41,021 bases of DNA, taken from positions 1 through 41,021 of the forward strand of contig CASFLC010000085.1 of assembly GCA_949295475.1 (NCBI GenBank), in the 5' to 3' direction. Each line of letters begins with the position of its first letter. The first letter of the stretch is position 1. Origin of the DNA: an uncultured Pseudomonadota bacterium. GTDB taxonomy: Bacteria; Pseudomonadota; Alphaproteobacteria; RF32; CAG-239. A program made the position numbers and the translations under genes. Positions 26,501 to 35,286 of this stretch are shown piece by piece. The notes under the pieces are model-generated. The model did not search any database and was not told where the DNA came from. It was given only the letters and a program-made list of their open reading frames with translations.

Positions 26501-27653
26501 CTTGTCTGCGTGGACAATGGATGTGCTGTTCAATGTCAAATATGACGAACCGCGCTATCTTCCGGGGTATTCTTTCTCTATGAAAGGAGACATAAACGCT
26601 CCGTTGACGGATGTGGATGTCAGCGCCCTGTTTAATTTGTATAAGAGCCGACAGGATAAAATTGCCGCTCAGGAGAAGGCTGTCGTCGAGGCGGAACAAA
26701 ACCGTCTGAAAAATCTGGCCGGGGAGCAGAAAAAAATTTCCGACGCTTTGTTAAAAGATGTTCAGGAACGATTGATGCCGGATTTGCAACAAAAATTCGA
26801 GGCTGCTTTCAGTGATAAGGCGCGCAGTTCTTACCAGTCTTTGAAACTTCGTCTGGAAGACGAGAGTTCTGCTGCGGCAAAAATTTCAAATCGGGCTTCA
26901 GCTTCGGATTTAACCGATGAAATTATTGCCGGGCTTACCGAAGACAACAGACAAGCGGCCGGTGCGATAGAAAAAATGAGAACGGAGCTGGCATCGGTTT
27001 ATCTGGAAGATATGAAAGAAAAAGCGAAACAATTGTATCAACAGCTGGTTGAAAACTACAACAGATCAAAGACGCTGATGTTTGACTATAACACGGCGCG
27101 GGACGGTTTCGGCGAGAGGCTTTCTCTGATTGTGACCGATTTTGAAATGGACGTGGATGAGAAAATTGCCGGCTGGCGGAAGTTTATTGAAGATAAAAAT
27201 GCTGCTCTGGAGGCGCAAAATAAGGCTATTCTGGATGAATACGCCGTTGTTAAGGAGCAGAATGACGCCGGGGTTCTCAGTACATATAACGACAAACTGG
27301 AAAAAACGGCAGGCAGCGTGGAGGCCGACGTCAAAGCCATGGATGACCAAATTGCCGCATTTAAATCCTATACGGAGGATCGGGTGAAGGAAGAAGAAAA
27401 CAAATATGCACAGATGCTTCGCCGGGAGGAAATCGAACGTAAAGTCGAAGAAAACACAGGTGTTATCAGTATCAAAAAAACCGGAAAAAGCGTAACGGTG
27501 ACACGGGATATAGAAGATATTGAAAAATCCGAGGAGCTGGCTTCTCAGGATAAGGTCAGGGTATTGGATTTTTCGAAGGACAAAGCTGAGCCCGAGCGTC
27601 CGTCCGAACCGGAAACCGGCGTTGTAAAAAGGGGTAGAGTAATCAGGAAATAA
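23511..27653 (+). CDS. Large AsmA-family envelope protein with a C-terminal helical extension
   Basis: TTG start after AAGGAGAGG; N-terminal TM then IDWNQHKDKI..ATGKQIVFDG..LPSP; GPFRIEG; repeated beta-rich segments; charged coiled-coil tail. Confidence 0.88.
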   Translation: MKKVLLILVGLTVLAAAGAAIYIASIDWNQHKDKIAAQFAQATGKQIVFDGPISFKILPSPYLNASNVKIFNAGPRGEPLMEIRNLVARLSLMPLLEGNFDVKRMVLESPVINVEVDDDGHLNWEQGSEKEAEDVAEADIRLNSVGVEKATLNFVYPRYGLVRKIDNLNGEVNAQSLKGPFRIEGNYVKDNDPEGFAISMGRLSESFSTTLNLVFTHPVSKSYVRFDGNFQLSNKVLNGNVIVESEKLKAFVENNFKQVDFKSEYDYPLALTTDIAVNPEQLTLSNMVVKYGETQGAGSMMLPFNDGWDREEGAIKPRMDMAFNFTDFNLDPVVYTVREFIKKYNDENEIYEPNLPLDMLIDLKSVRTVYNGQPVKDFEASFDVIDNIVSVNKLTAVLPGDTNMTLRGDVSSVDSMPFYNLEASFNSSDFLKTLNWMNINPTVAAASTYRKAVGNAKLSGTFNKLSVSPFTLTMDKSSLSGEAGIKFGERVDAMLVAKADMINFDNYINPLPAEEKEKNWSQRMLYRFAQTGFLNDVDLLANLHFDLAIYENMPFEKVDVQANLLNGVMEIEKLSVGSAANALFEASGKLSGFGKTPIYENIKYNLATDDVSALVNKFEFQVPNLNYKQLKKFQSKGIMTGNIDKTAIKAVSKLENLDFTFGGQIDRRNGENYYNGDLEIRHPDFVKMVNDFNLAYNPKTYSLGLFNLKTKFIGTARQFRASPLDFNIGYSSFSGDATYDAGQERPSILTNLKINKFEAERFMTEAASSVSQVPAMKAEAGGEVDFLKRPDWSSARLNYDFYRRFDLSGNFQVGDLSYKGKSLKNAAFDLALVNGNAEFKGIKGDYKGGTLTADATLNMQENPALSLTADLQNIDTSGLGLSGKVYGLSGGTGDYRAVFNADMSSLDNVFKTLKGNLEIKLKGFDVKGWNLADIYADITTRETTDGLVALVKDNLQKGRSPFKEFSGKLDFQDGNFTFSNAALSNNGLKIDVYGGGSLSAWTMDVLFNVKYDEPRYLPGYSFSMKGDINAPLTDVDVSALFNLYKSRQDKIAAQEKAVVEAEQNRLKNLAGEQKKISDALLKDVQERLMPDLQQKFEAAFSDKARSSYQSLKLRLEDESSAAAKISNRASASDLTDEIIAGLTEDNRQAAGAIEKMRTELASVYLEDMKEKAKQLYQQLVENYNRSKTLMFDYNTARDGFGERLSLIVTDFEMDVDEKIAGWRKFIEDKNAALEAQNKAILDEYAVVKEQNDAGVLSTYNDKLEKTAGSVEADVKAMDDQIAAFKSYTEDRVKEEENKYAQMLRREEIERKVEENTGVISIKKTGKSVTVTRDIEDIEKSEELASQDKVRVLDFSKDKAEPERPSEPETGVVKRGRVIRK

Positions 27654-27730
27654 ACTTGTCGAATTCTTTTTTTATGTTATATTCGCCTTATAAATAAAAA
27701 AACATTTTTTATTATTTGGAGTTTTATAAC

Positions 27731-28621
27731 ATGAATAAAAAACCTGAAGTCTGCATTCTTCCCGTTGCAGGATTGTCAACACGCAATCTCCCTTCCACCA
27801 AAGCCCTGCATAAGGGTTTTTTGACGCTGCACAGCAAGCCCGTTATTCAATATGCGGTTGACGCCTGTGCCGAAATCGGCATTAAGGAAGTTGTATTTAT
27901 TTACAGCGACCAATCCTGCAAACATTTGTTTGAAAAGCATTTTTCGCCGTATCCATGGCTGGAAAACCATTTGAAGGAAAAGGGCAAGTTTGATTTGCTG
28001 AAAGTTGTTCAGGACATTATTCCAGAAGGAATGAAGTTTTCTTTTGCCGAACAGTCGGAGCCTAAAGGAAACGGCCATGCGATTTTGATGGCAAAAGACA
28101 TTGTCGGCGACAGAGATTTTGTGGTGATGTGGCCGGACGATGTTTATGTTAATCTGCACGGCAAGGGGGTTTTGGCTCAGTTGCTTGATGTTTACAACGA
28201 ATACGGCGGTATGGTTGAAAATATTATGGAGTTTCCCCGGGAACAGATGGTTCGTTACGGTGCGCTTATCGGCGCGGTGCGCGACGGACGGATTGTTCAT
28301 GCCAAGGGAAAAATCGAAAAGCCGGCGCTGGAAGATGTTCCTTCTAATTACGCCAGCATGGGACCTTATATTCTTCCCAATGAAATTATGGATATTCTTC
28401 CGGAAGTTAAGAAAGGCAATAACGGTGAAATTAATCTGGCGGACGCCATGGGGTTGGCTGCGGAGAGAGGTATGAAACTGACCGGGGTGTTGTGTGACGC
28501 TATTCGTTTTGATTGCGGTACCAATAAGGATTTGGAGAGAGCCAATCTTAAACTCAGTTTGATGGAAGATCCGGATTTGCGGGTCTATTGTACCGAGTTG
28601 CTGAATACCATGTTGGTTTGA
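27731..28621 (+). CDS. GalU-like sugar-phosphate nucleotidyltransferase, divergent
   Basis: LPVAGLSTR.LPSTK, KPVIQYAV, Q.EPKG.GHAI, PDD, EKP, RFDCG. Confidence 0.85.
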   Translation: MNKKPEVCILPVAGLSTRNLPSTKALHKGFLTLHSKPVIQYAVDACAEIGIKEVVFIYSDQSCKHLFEKHFSPYPWLENHLKEKGKFDLLKVVQDIIPEGMKFSFAEQSEPKGNGHAILMAKDIVGDRDFVVMWPDDVYVNLHGKGVLAQLLDVYNEYGGMVENIMEFPREQMVRYGALIGAVRDGRIVHAKGKIEKPALEDVPSNYASMGPYILPNEIMDILPEVKKGNNGEINLADAMGLAAERGMKLTGVLCDAIRFDCGTNKDLERANLKLSLMEDPDLRVYCTELLNTMLV

Positions 28622-28632
28622 AACCTGTTATG

Positions 28633-28671
28633 AAAAATCCTCTCTCCGATGTCAGGAGAGAGGATTTTTTT
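28633..28671. terminator. Bidirectional intrinsic terminator
   Basis: AAAAATCCTCTCTCC-gatgtca-GGAGAGAGGATTTTTTT. Confidence 0.9.
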
Positions 28672-28679
28672 GTATCCGG

Positions 28680-28901
28680 TTAATCTTTGTGGCGGAAGGT
28701 AATGCGGCCTTTGGTAAGGTCATAGGGCGTCATTTCAATGTCGACTTTGTCTCCGACCATGACGCGGATACGAAATTTGCGCATTTTTCCGGCGGTGTGA
28801 GCCAGAATTTCGACGCCGTTTTCCAGTCGTACCCGGAACATGGCATTAGGAAGCTTTTCAATGACTTCTCCGCTTAGTTCCAGAAGCTCTTCTTTACTCA
28901 T
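28680..28901 (-). CDS. infA: Translation initiation factor IF-1
   Basis: [42 protein letters not shown]. Confidence 0.98.
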   Translation of the reverse strand: MSKEELLELSGEVIEKLPNAMFRVRLENGVEILAHTAGKMRKFRIRVMVGDKVDIEMTPYDLTKGRITFRHKD

Positions 28902-28942
28902 AAAATATTCCTTTTTTATTTATGTTGTCAGTATTATTAAAC

Positions 28943-30631
28943 CTATAATTTCTTTTTGGCAAGATTTTTTATCGGCGGAAATGACAGCGTAAAGCAACTT
29001 CCAGTGCCGACTTTACTTTTGACGCGGATATGTCCGCCGAATTTTTCTACGATGGATTTAGATATTGACAAGCCCAAGCCGTTGCCTTTTTGCGTACTGT
29101 CATGTCCGTCGGAAAAGAACGGATCAAAAATACGATTCAGGTTTTCCGGCGGAATTCCCACGCCGGTATCTGCAAAAGATATTTTGACGCCGCGGGCGTT
29201 TTTTTTGATTTCTATATTTATTTCGCCTTTGTCTTCAATGGCTTTGAGGGCGTTGAGGATAATATTAATTGCCACCATTTTAAAATCGGCCTCGTTTCCG
29301 AAAATACAGGCGGGTTCTTTGGGCGGTACGAAGGAAATGTTGATGCCTTTGCTTTTGGCCTCAAAGTCAAGCAGGGCAATGACGTCTTCGACGGCGGCCG
29401 CACAGTTTATTTTTTGTTCGCCGTCGCTGTTGCTGCGGGTCAATTTTAAAAGACGTTCGGGAACATCAATGCAGTTGAGCAACTCGTTGTAAATCAGGGT
29501 AAGATGTTTCTTTTCTTCATCGTCGTCGGGGCGTTTGGCATAAAATTTGTCAATCAGGCGTTCGGTAATAATGCGCAACGCGCCAAGGTGATTTTTAATC
29601 TCATGGGCAATTGAAGTAGAAAGGAAACCCAGAGAAGACAATTTTTGCTGATGAGAGAAATTGATGTCATCGCTCAAGTCACGGATTGATTCAACGATAT
29701 ATTTTTCTTTGCCGGTGTGGTGCAGCGGGGCAGCGTTGATTGACAAGTGTCGGGAAGGATGCCCGCAGAATTGCTGAATAACTTTGATGTTATCCTGCTT
29801 GTTTTTGAGAATGGCCTGAACGGGGCAGTACTGTTTTTCCCGGGAGCAGGGAATGTTCAGATTTTGAGACGCCTGGTGGCATTTGGTATATTTGGCCTGA
29901 CTGCCGCCGACTTGTTTGCGGTAGGCCTTGTTTGAGATGATAATGTTGTAGTTTTTATCAATAACGCGGATGCCGTCGGGGATGCTGTCAATCAGTGCTT
30001 GCAAAAATGCTTCCTGTTCTTTGGCCTCGGAAATAAATTTGCGCAGATTGTCAAGCATGTTGTTAAACGTTATAGTCAGAAAATACAGTTCGTCGGTGAA
30101 TTTTGGGCGCTTTTGGTTTTCTATTCGAACGGAAAGGTCTCCCTGTGAGACTTTTTGAGAAACGTCGGTGATTTTGTTGATCGGGTAAAGAATCCACCAG
30201 TTAATCAGGTATCCCAGAAAGAAAATGGCCAGAATAATCAGAATCGAACTGATGCCCAAGATTTTCATACTTTCGCTGATGGCTCTGTACCGTTCGTCAA
30301 AACTACGGGTGTTTTCCCGGATTTGCTTTTGTTCCAACGACAGAAGCTTGATTTGTTTTTCGTCGTTGGCGTCGGTTGAGATACTTGTCAGAATGCCCGG
30401 GGTGACGCTTATCTCAGGGTGATTGGCTATAATTCTTCGGAATTCTTTAGTGATATTGATATTGCGGTACAAAAGATCGATATATTGCTGGTTTCGCTGA
30501 ATGGAGTAGTTTTGTTCTTCCTGAATTTTGTTGCCGTATACGATGTAAAAGGTATATACAAAGATTATTGAGGTTATCAAAAACAGCGAAAAAATACTGT
30601 AGATAATCTTTTTATTCAGACTGACAAACAT
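28943..30631 (-). CDS. Membrane sensor histidine kinase (TM-periplasmic-TM-HAMP-PAS-HisKA-HATPase)
   Basis: HAMP (PINKI..GDLS..DEL..TFNNM), PAS (DSIPDGIRVID), H box AHEIKNHL, N box NIILNA, DTGVGI, FDPFFS, GNGLGL. Confidence 0.94.
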   Translation of the reverse strand: MFVSLNKKIIYSIFSLFLITSIIFVYTFYIVYGNKIQEEQNYSIQRNQQYIDLLYRNINITKEFRRIIANHPEISVTPGILTSISTDANDEKQIKLLSLEQKQIRENTRSFDERYRAISESMKILGISSILIILAIFFLGYLINWWILYPINKITDVSQKVSQGDLSVRIENQKRPKFTDELYFLTITFNNMLDNLRKFISEAKEQEAFLQALIDSIPDGIRVIDKNYNIIISNKAYRKQVGGSQAKYTKCHQASQNLNIPCSREKQYCPVQAILKNKQDNIKVIQQFCGHPSRHLSINAAPLHHTGKEKYIVESIRDLSDDINFSHQQKLSSLGFLSTSIAHEIKNHLGALRIITERLIDKFYAKRPDDDEEKKHLTLIYNELLNCIDVPERLLKLTRSNSDGEQKINCAAAVEDVIALLDFEAKSKGINISFVPPKEPACIFGNEADFKMVAINIILNALKAIEDKGEINIEIKKNARGVKISFADTGVGIPPENLNRIFDPFFSDGHDSTQKGNGLGLSISKSIVEKFGGHIRVKSKVGTGSCFTLSFPPIKNLAKKKL

Positions 30632-30724
30632 GGGGCCTCTTTCTGTTTTTAACGGGCTTTTGTTAGCTAATATTTAAGAATTATAGCAGTAAAGTGTTTC
30701 TAAATTATAAACAGAGTGAGAAAG

Positions 30725-30949
30725 ATGCCAAACAGAATAAATTGGGATGAGCTGTCGCCGGATTTACGCGAAGAAATGAGCGAATGGAACGATGATAATT
30801 TTGCTTTTATCAAGCACGCCATGTATGAAGGACGCTATATGTGGTTGATTTATGCCGCGGACGGAGAACGGATTGCCGCAACAGACGACAGGGATTTTGC
30901 TTTTATTATGGCCCGGCAGAATGACTTGACGCCTTTGAGCGTTCATTGA
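30725..30949 (+). CDS. DUF1150 family small protein
   Basis: IYAADGERIAATDDRDFAFIMARQNDLTPLSVH C-terminus characteristic of DUF1150. Confidence 0.85.
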   Translation: MPNRINWDELSPDLREEMSEWNDDNFAFIKHAMYEGRYMWLIYAADGERIAATDDRDFAFIMARQNDLTPLSVH

Positions 30950-30966
30950 TTCCGGTTCGAATCTGC

Positions 30967-31000
30967 AAAAAAAACAAGCCCCGCTGCCGGGGCTTATTTT
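30967..31000. terminator. Intrinsic terminator between convergent DUF1150 and ptsN
   Basis: A8-c-AAGCCCCG-ctgc-CGGGGCTT-atttt. Confidence 0.8.
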
Positions 31001-31448
31001 ATTCGTGATTGTTAATCAACGCGTATATTTCCAACGGATTGGACATTTGGCGCAGTCGATCACATAAAGATTCGTCTTTGAGAATTCTGGAAAGCTGAGC
31101 CAAAGCCGTCAGATGATCGGCACCGCTGTTTTCCGGGGAAAGTAGCGCAAATACCAAATCAACAGGTTTGTCGTCAATTGCATCGAAATCCAACGGGGAC
31201 GCCAGTCGCACAAAAATCGCATGGACTTTGTCCAGATTGGCAAAGCGTCCGTGCGGCAACGCCGTCCCGCCTCCGAAACCGGTCGAACCCAGATTTTCGC
31301 GCTCCAAAAAGGCATCGAAAATCGTCCGTTCATCCAAACCGGTAATCTTAGCGGCATGTTCGGCCAGAGTTTGCAGCAATTCACGCTTTGTATTTGCTTT
31401 AATGCCGATAAAAACGTTTTTTTCGGTCATTATTTCAGATATATTCAT
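30999..31448 (-). CDS. ptsN: PTS IIA(Ntr) nitrogen regulatory protein
   Basis: RENLGSTGFGGGTALPHG, DFDAIDDKPVDL, GADHLTALA. Confidence 0.94.
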   Translation of the reverse strand: MNISEIMTEKNVFIGIKANTKRELLQTLAEHAAKITGLDERTIFDAFLERENLGSTGFGGGTALPHGRFANLDKVHAIFVRLASPLDFDAIDDKPVDLVFALLSPENSGADHLTALAQLSRILKDESLCDRLRQMSNPLEIYALINNHE

Positions 31449-31475
31449 AAGCTTGACGCCTCTTGTCTATTAAAA

Positions 31476-32039
31476 CTAATTTTCGCTTTTCGGTTCAACC
31501 CAGCCGATATTGCCGTCTTTGCGGCGATATACCATGTTGAAGTTGCCGTTGGCGCTGTTTTTGAACATCAGGGCGTTTTCGTTGTTAAGGTCCATATACA
31601 TAACGGCTTCGGAAACTGTGCAAACCGGAATATTGGCTTCCAGCTCGGCAATCGTCAGCGGTGCATCGTCAATGTCAATTTCTTCGGCGTCTTCGTTCAG
31701 AGAGAAGACGGCTTCATTGGCAATCTCGGCCAGGCCGGTTTTGCCTTTATGGTCATTTAATTTGGTTTTGTGGCGGCGCAGACGGGTTGCGATGTGCTGA
31801 TTGGCATCGTCAAAAGCCGAATAAGGATCGCCTGCCGAACCGGTCCCTTTCAGGATAATGTTTTTCGCAGGATGAACCGTTACTTCCGCAGTGAAAGTGT
31901 CGGCTGATTTGGTGAAATAGACATTGCAGCTGACCGGCGCGGGGAAGTATTTGTTGACTACGTTCAGGACGTTTTCTTCAACGTGGTTGCGGAGTCTGTC
32001 TCCGATATCAACTTGATTTCCAGATAATGTAATTTTCAT
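31476..32039 (-). CDS. hpf: Ribosome hibernation promoting factor (long form)
   Basis: ITLSGNQVDIGD, RLRRHK, C-terminal TVSEAVM.MDL..F.N..NMVYRRKDGNIGWV. Confidence 0.94.
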   Translation of the reverse strand: MKITLSGNQVDIGDRLRNHVEENVLNVVNKYFPAPVSCNVYFTKSADTFTAEVTVHPAKNIILKGTGSAGDPYSAFDDANQHIATRLRRHKTKLNDHKGKTGLAEIANEAVFSLNEDAEEIDIDDAPLTIAELEANIPVCTVSEAVMYMDLNNENALMFKNSANGNFNMVYRRKDGNIGWVEPKSEN

Positions 32040-32181
32040 GATTCTTCCTTGCATTAAATTATTACGGTTTTGATTACAAAAGACATGTTACTATCTTTTG
32101 ATTTACTTTTCAATCTGAAATCTGAGATAATACCAAAACGCTCCAAAAGTCAACATAAAACTCTTCCGATGTCTGGGAACG

Positions 32182-33672
32182 TTATTTTTTTAGACGTTTT
32201 TGGCGTTTGCGTTCGGCGGAAGTCGGCAGTTTCATGGCTTCGCGGTACTTGGCAACGGTGCGGCGGGCGATTTTTATGCCTTCCCCGGCCAAAAGTTCCA
32301 CCAATTTGTCGTCAGACAAAATGTTTTGAGGCTCTTCTTCGGTTATCAGTTGTTTGATTTTGTGTTTGATGGTTGTGGTCGAGGTTTCTTCGTCGCCGGT
32401 ATAAGTTCCGGCGGCTTGGGAGAAAAAGTATTTGAGTTCAAACAGTCCGCGCGGCGTTTGCATATATTTGCGGGCCGTGACGCGGCTGACGGTGCTTTCG
32501 TGCATTTCCAGATTGTAGGCAATATCTTTGAGAGACATGGGTTTCAGGTGTTCAATGCCATATTCAAAAAAATCCCGCTGAAGACGGACGATTTCTTCGC
32601 TGACCCGCAGAATGGCTGTGGCGCGCTGATGCATGGACCGAATGAGAAAGCCGGCATGGCCAAGATTGTCTTTAAGATAACGCCGGGCATTTTTGTCATT
32701 GCCGCTGCGATTCAGAATTTCGCTGTAGTAACGGCGGTTTATCAAAAGTCTGGGCAGAGAGAGGGTGTTCAGCTCCACCTGATAGCCACCGAACCGGTCG
32801 CGCCGGACAAAAACATCGGGGATGACGTAGGCGGTTATGTCGTTTTGGCAGGCGGCAGCTGGTTTGGGTTGAAGCGATTTAATGTCGGCAATCATGGAGG
32901 CCAAATCTTCAGCGTCGGCATTGCATAGTTTCTGCAATTCTTTGAATTTGCGTGCGGCCAGCAAATCCAGGTGGTCCAGCAGGCAGGCCATTGCCGGGTC
33001 AAAGCGGTTGATGTCTTTGAGTTGGATGCTCAGGCACTCGGCCAGGTTTTCCGCGAAAAGGCCGGATGGTTCAAAATTTTTCATTTGTTCCAGAATTTGG
33101 TGCACTTCCCGGGGAGGCGCTTTGAGAGTTCGGGCTATGTCATCGGTCTGTCCGCGAAAATAACCGGCATCGTCAAGATACTGGCTCAGGTGCCGGGCGA
33201 TGATTTTTTGCCGGGGAGAGGAAAAAGTTTGTTCTATTTGCTCGTCAATCAGCCGGTAAAGCGAGGGAGAATCCGCCAGCTTTTGCTCATAGAAGTCAAA
33301 ATTTTCATCGGCAGCGGCGGATTTGCGTTTAGCGTAATCTTCCCATGCATAATCATTACCGTTATCGTAGCCTTCCCGATCGCTGGCATAGTCGTCAAAC
33401 TGATTGTCGCAATCTATGTCCGGCGTATAATCGTCTTCCGGTTCCGGCAAACGGTTGTCATCATAGTCGTCTATGGTTGGCGGTGTTTCTCCGGAGGCAT
33501 CATCTTCCCGAGAGTCTTCTTTTTCGAGCAGGGGATTGTTGTTTAGCTCCTGTTCAATTAATTCGTTCAGCTCCAGATTTGATAACTGGAGCAGGTTAAT
33601 GGCCTGACGCAGCCGGGGCGTCATCAATAAAGATTGCGACTGCCGTATTTCCAGTTTGGGAGTCAGAGCCAT
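32182..33672 (-). CDS. rpoN: RNA polymerase sigma-54 factor
   Basis: MTPRLRQAINLLQLSNLEL, HESTVSRV, RpoN box ARRTVAKYRE. Confidence 0.97.
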   Translation of the reverse strand: MALTPKLEIRQSQSLLMTPRLRQAINLLQLSNLELNELIEQELNNNPLLEKEDSREDDASGETPPTIDDYDDNRLPEPEDDYTPDIDCDNQFDDYASDREGYDNGNDYAWEDYAKRKSAAADENFDFYEQKLADSPSLYRLIDEQIEQTFSSPRQKIIARHLSQYLDDAGYFRGQTDDIARTLKAPPREVHQILEQMKNFEPSGLFAENLAECLSIQLKDINRFDPAMACLLDHLDLLAARKFKELQKLCNADAEDLASMIADIKSLQPKPAAACQNDITAYVIPDVFVRRDRFGGYQVELNTLSLPRLLINRRYYSEILNRSGNDKNARRYLKDNLGHAGFLIRSMHQRATAILRVSEEIVRLQRDFFEYGIEHLKPMSLKDIAYNLEMHESTVSRVTARKYMQTPRGLFELKYFFSQAAGTYTGDEETSTTTIKHKIKQLITEEEPQNILSDDKLVELLAGEGIKIARRTVAKYREAMKLPTSAERKRQKRLKK

Positions 33673-33714
33673 GTTTGTTAATCCCGGTTAAACTTGAACT
33701 GATATTCAGTTTTG

Positions 33715-34458
33715 TCAAAGGGAGAAATTGTCGCCAAGATAAACCGTACGTACTTCTTTGCTTGAAACAATCTCATCGGGCGAGCCTTCCATCAAAACCG
33801 TTCCGCCGTGTAAGATATATGCCCGGTCCGTAATATCAAGGGTTTCGCGCACGTTATGGTCGGTAATCAATACGCCGAGCCCCCGGTGCTTTAACTGGGA
33901 AACCAGGTTACGGATTTCTCCGACGGCAATCGGATCAATTCCCGCCAGAGGTTCGTCAAGCAGAATATAATGCGGCTGGCTGGCTAATGCCCGGGCAATT
34001 TCCAGACGCCGCCGCTCGCCGCCGGACAAGGCGATGGCCGGGCTTTTGCGCAAATGGGCAATTGAAAATTCTGAAAGCAGTTCCTCCAACATGGTTTCCC
34101 GTTTGCTTTCGTTTTCAATCACAATTTCCAAAACAGCCTTGATATTGTCTTCCACGCTCAGGGAGCGGAAAATGGACGCTTCCTGCGGCAGGTAGCCGAT
34201 ACCCATGCGGGCGCGGCGGTACATCGGCAGGTCGGTGATGTCCTGTCCGTCAATGTGCACGTCGCCGTAATCCGGCGTAATCAGCCCGGTAACGCAGTAA
34301 AAGCATGTGGTTTTCCCGGCGCCGTTGGGACCGAGCAGACCAACAGCTTCGCCGCGGCGGACATTCAGAGATACATTGCGCAGTACCGGCCGGTTTTTAT
34401 ATTTTTTGCCGATATTGAAAACTTCAAGTTTTGACTCTGCTGTGTAGGAGGTGCTCAT
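33715..34458 (-). CDS. lptB: LPS export ABC transporter ATPase LptB
   Basis: GPNGAGKTT, YLPQEASIFR, LSGGERRR, DEPLAGIDP, ITDHNVRETL. Confidence 0.97.
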   Translation of the reverse strand: MSTSYTAESKLEVFNIGKKYKNRPVLRNVSLNVRRGEAVGLLGPNGAGKTTCFYCVTGLITPDYGDVHIDGQDITDLPMYRRARMGIGYLPQEASIFRSLSVEDNIKAVLEIVIENESKRETMLEELLSEFSIAHLRKSPAIALSGGERRRLEIARALASQPHYILLDEPLAGIDPIAVGEIRNLVSQLKHRGLGVLITDHNVRETLDITDRAYILHGGTVLMEGSPDEIVSSKEVRTVYLGDNFSL

Positions 34459-35285
34459 TGTTTCTTTTCCGTTTTCTGGGTGTTTGTCTGTTTGTTGCCG
34501 CTCTTTTCTTTGAAGACGCCTTTAACCCGTTGATTCTTGCCGGAGGCAATCAGTTTGCTGATGCCCGTGTTCAAATCTGTTTCGGCCTGATCGCCCCGCA
34601 GAATGTTGGTGTCTTGTTTGATAACAATATTGTCAAACAGTCTGACTTTTCCGGTTTTGGGGAGATAAAGGCCTTTGTCGGCGGTCACAACGGCATCTTT
34701 GGTCACGATTTTGACGTTGCCGTAAATTTCAACTTTTTCAAGCTCCATGTTCTGCGTTTCGGATTTTTTATCCGAGGCGGCGGATTTTTCAAAAAAAGCT
34801 ATCATTTTGTCTGAATAAAGATGGTTTCCTTCTTTGTCAACGGCCTCAACATTTCCGAAAGCAACGGCTTTTTGTTCCTGCGGGTAATAGGTGATGTTGT
34901 CTTTGGCGGTGACGCTTTCCGCTTTGGTTTCGATTTTGGCAGGATCTCCGCGGAGAATGACAACATCTTGAATCAGGTCGTAATCCATCGTGTCGCCGAA
35001 AGCCGAGGCGCGGGGCGACTTCATGATTACTTTGCCGCGGGCCTCGACTTTGGTGATGGCACTTTTGCCTTTGGTTGAGGTGGTGCGGCCGGCGTAATAG
35101 CCGATTAACCGATCGGCGCGGATGCTCATATCTTTTTTGGCGGCGACGGCGTCACCGACAGCCACGATTTTTTGTTCTTTCTGGTGCCATTCAACCTTTT
35201 CTTCGGCGGTGATGTCGATATCTTCGGCGCGCAGTTCAGGCAAAAAGCAAAATGTGCATAAAACGGTCAGGAGAAGCAATTTCAT
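34455..35285 (-). CDS. lptA: LptA/OstA family periplasmic LPS transport protein with tandem OstA domains
   Basis: Signal peptide; two ITA(EE/KD)..(W/Y)..EQK.VA.G(D/N) units; located between lptC and lptB. Confidence 0.85.
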   Translation of the reverse strand: MKLLLLTVLCTFCFLPELRAEDIDITAEEKVEWHQKEQKIVAVGDAVAAKKDMSIRADRLIGYYAGRTTSTKGKSAITKVEARGKVIMKSPRASAFGDTMDYDLIQDVVILRGDPAKIETKAESVTAKDNITYYPQEQKAVAFGNVEAVDKEGNHLYSDKMIAFFEKSAASDKKSETQNMELEKVEIYGNVKIVTKDAVVTADKGLYLPKTGKVRLFDNIVIKQDTNILRGDQAETDLNTGISKLIASGKNQRVKGVFKEKSGNKQTNTQKTEKKQ

Positions 35286-35286
35286 T

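Noticed and set aside
33678-33691. TTAA-N6-TTAA upstream of rpoN as a CtrA box
   Set aside because: The spacer is 6 nt rather than the required 7.
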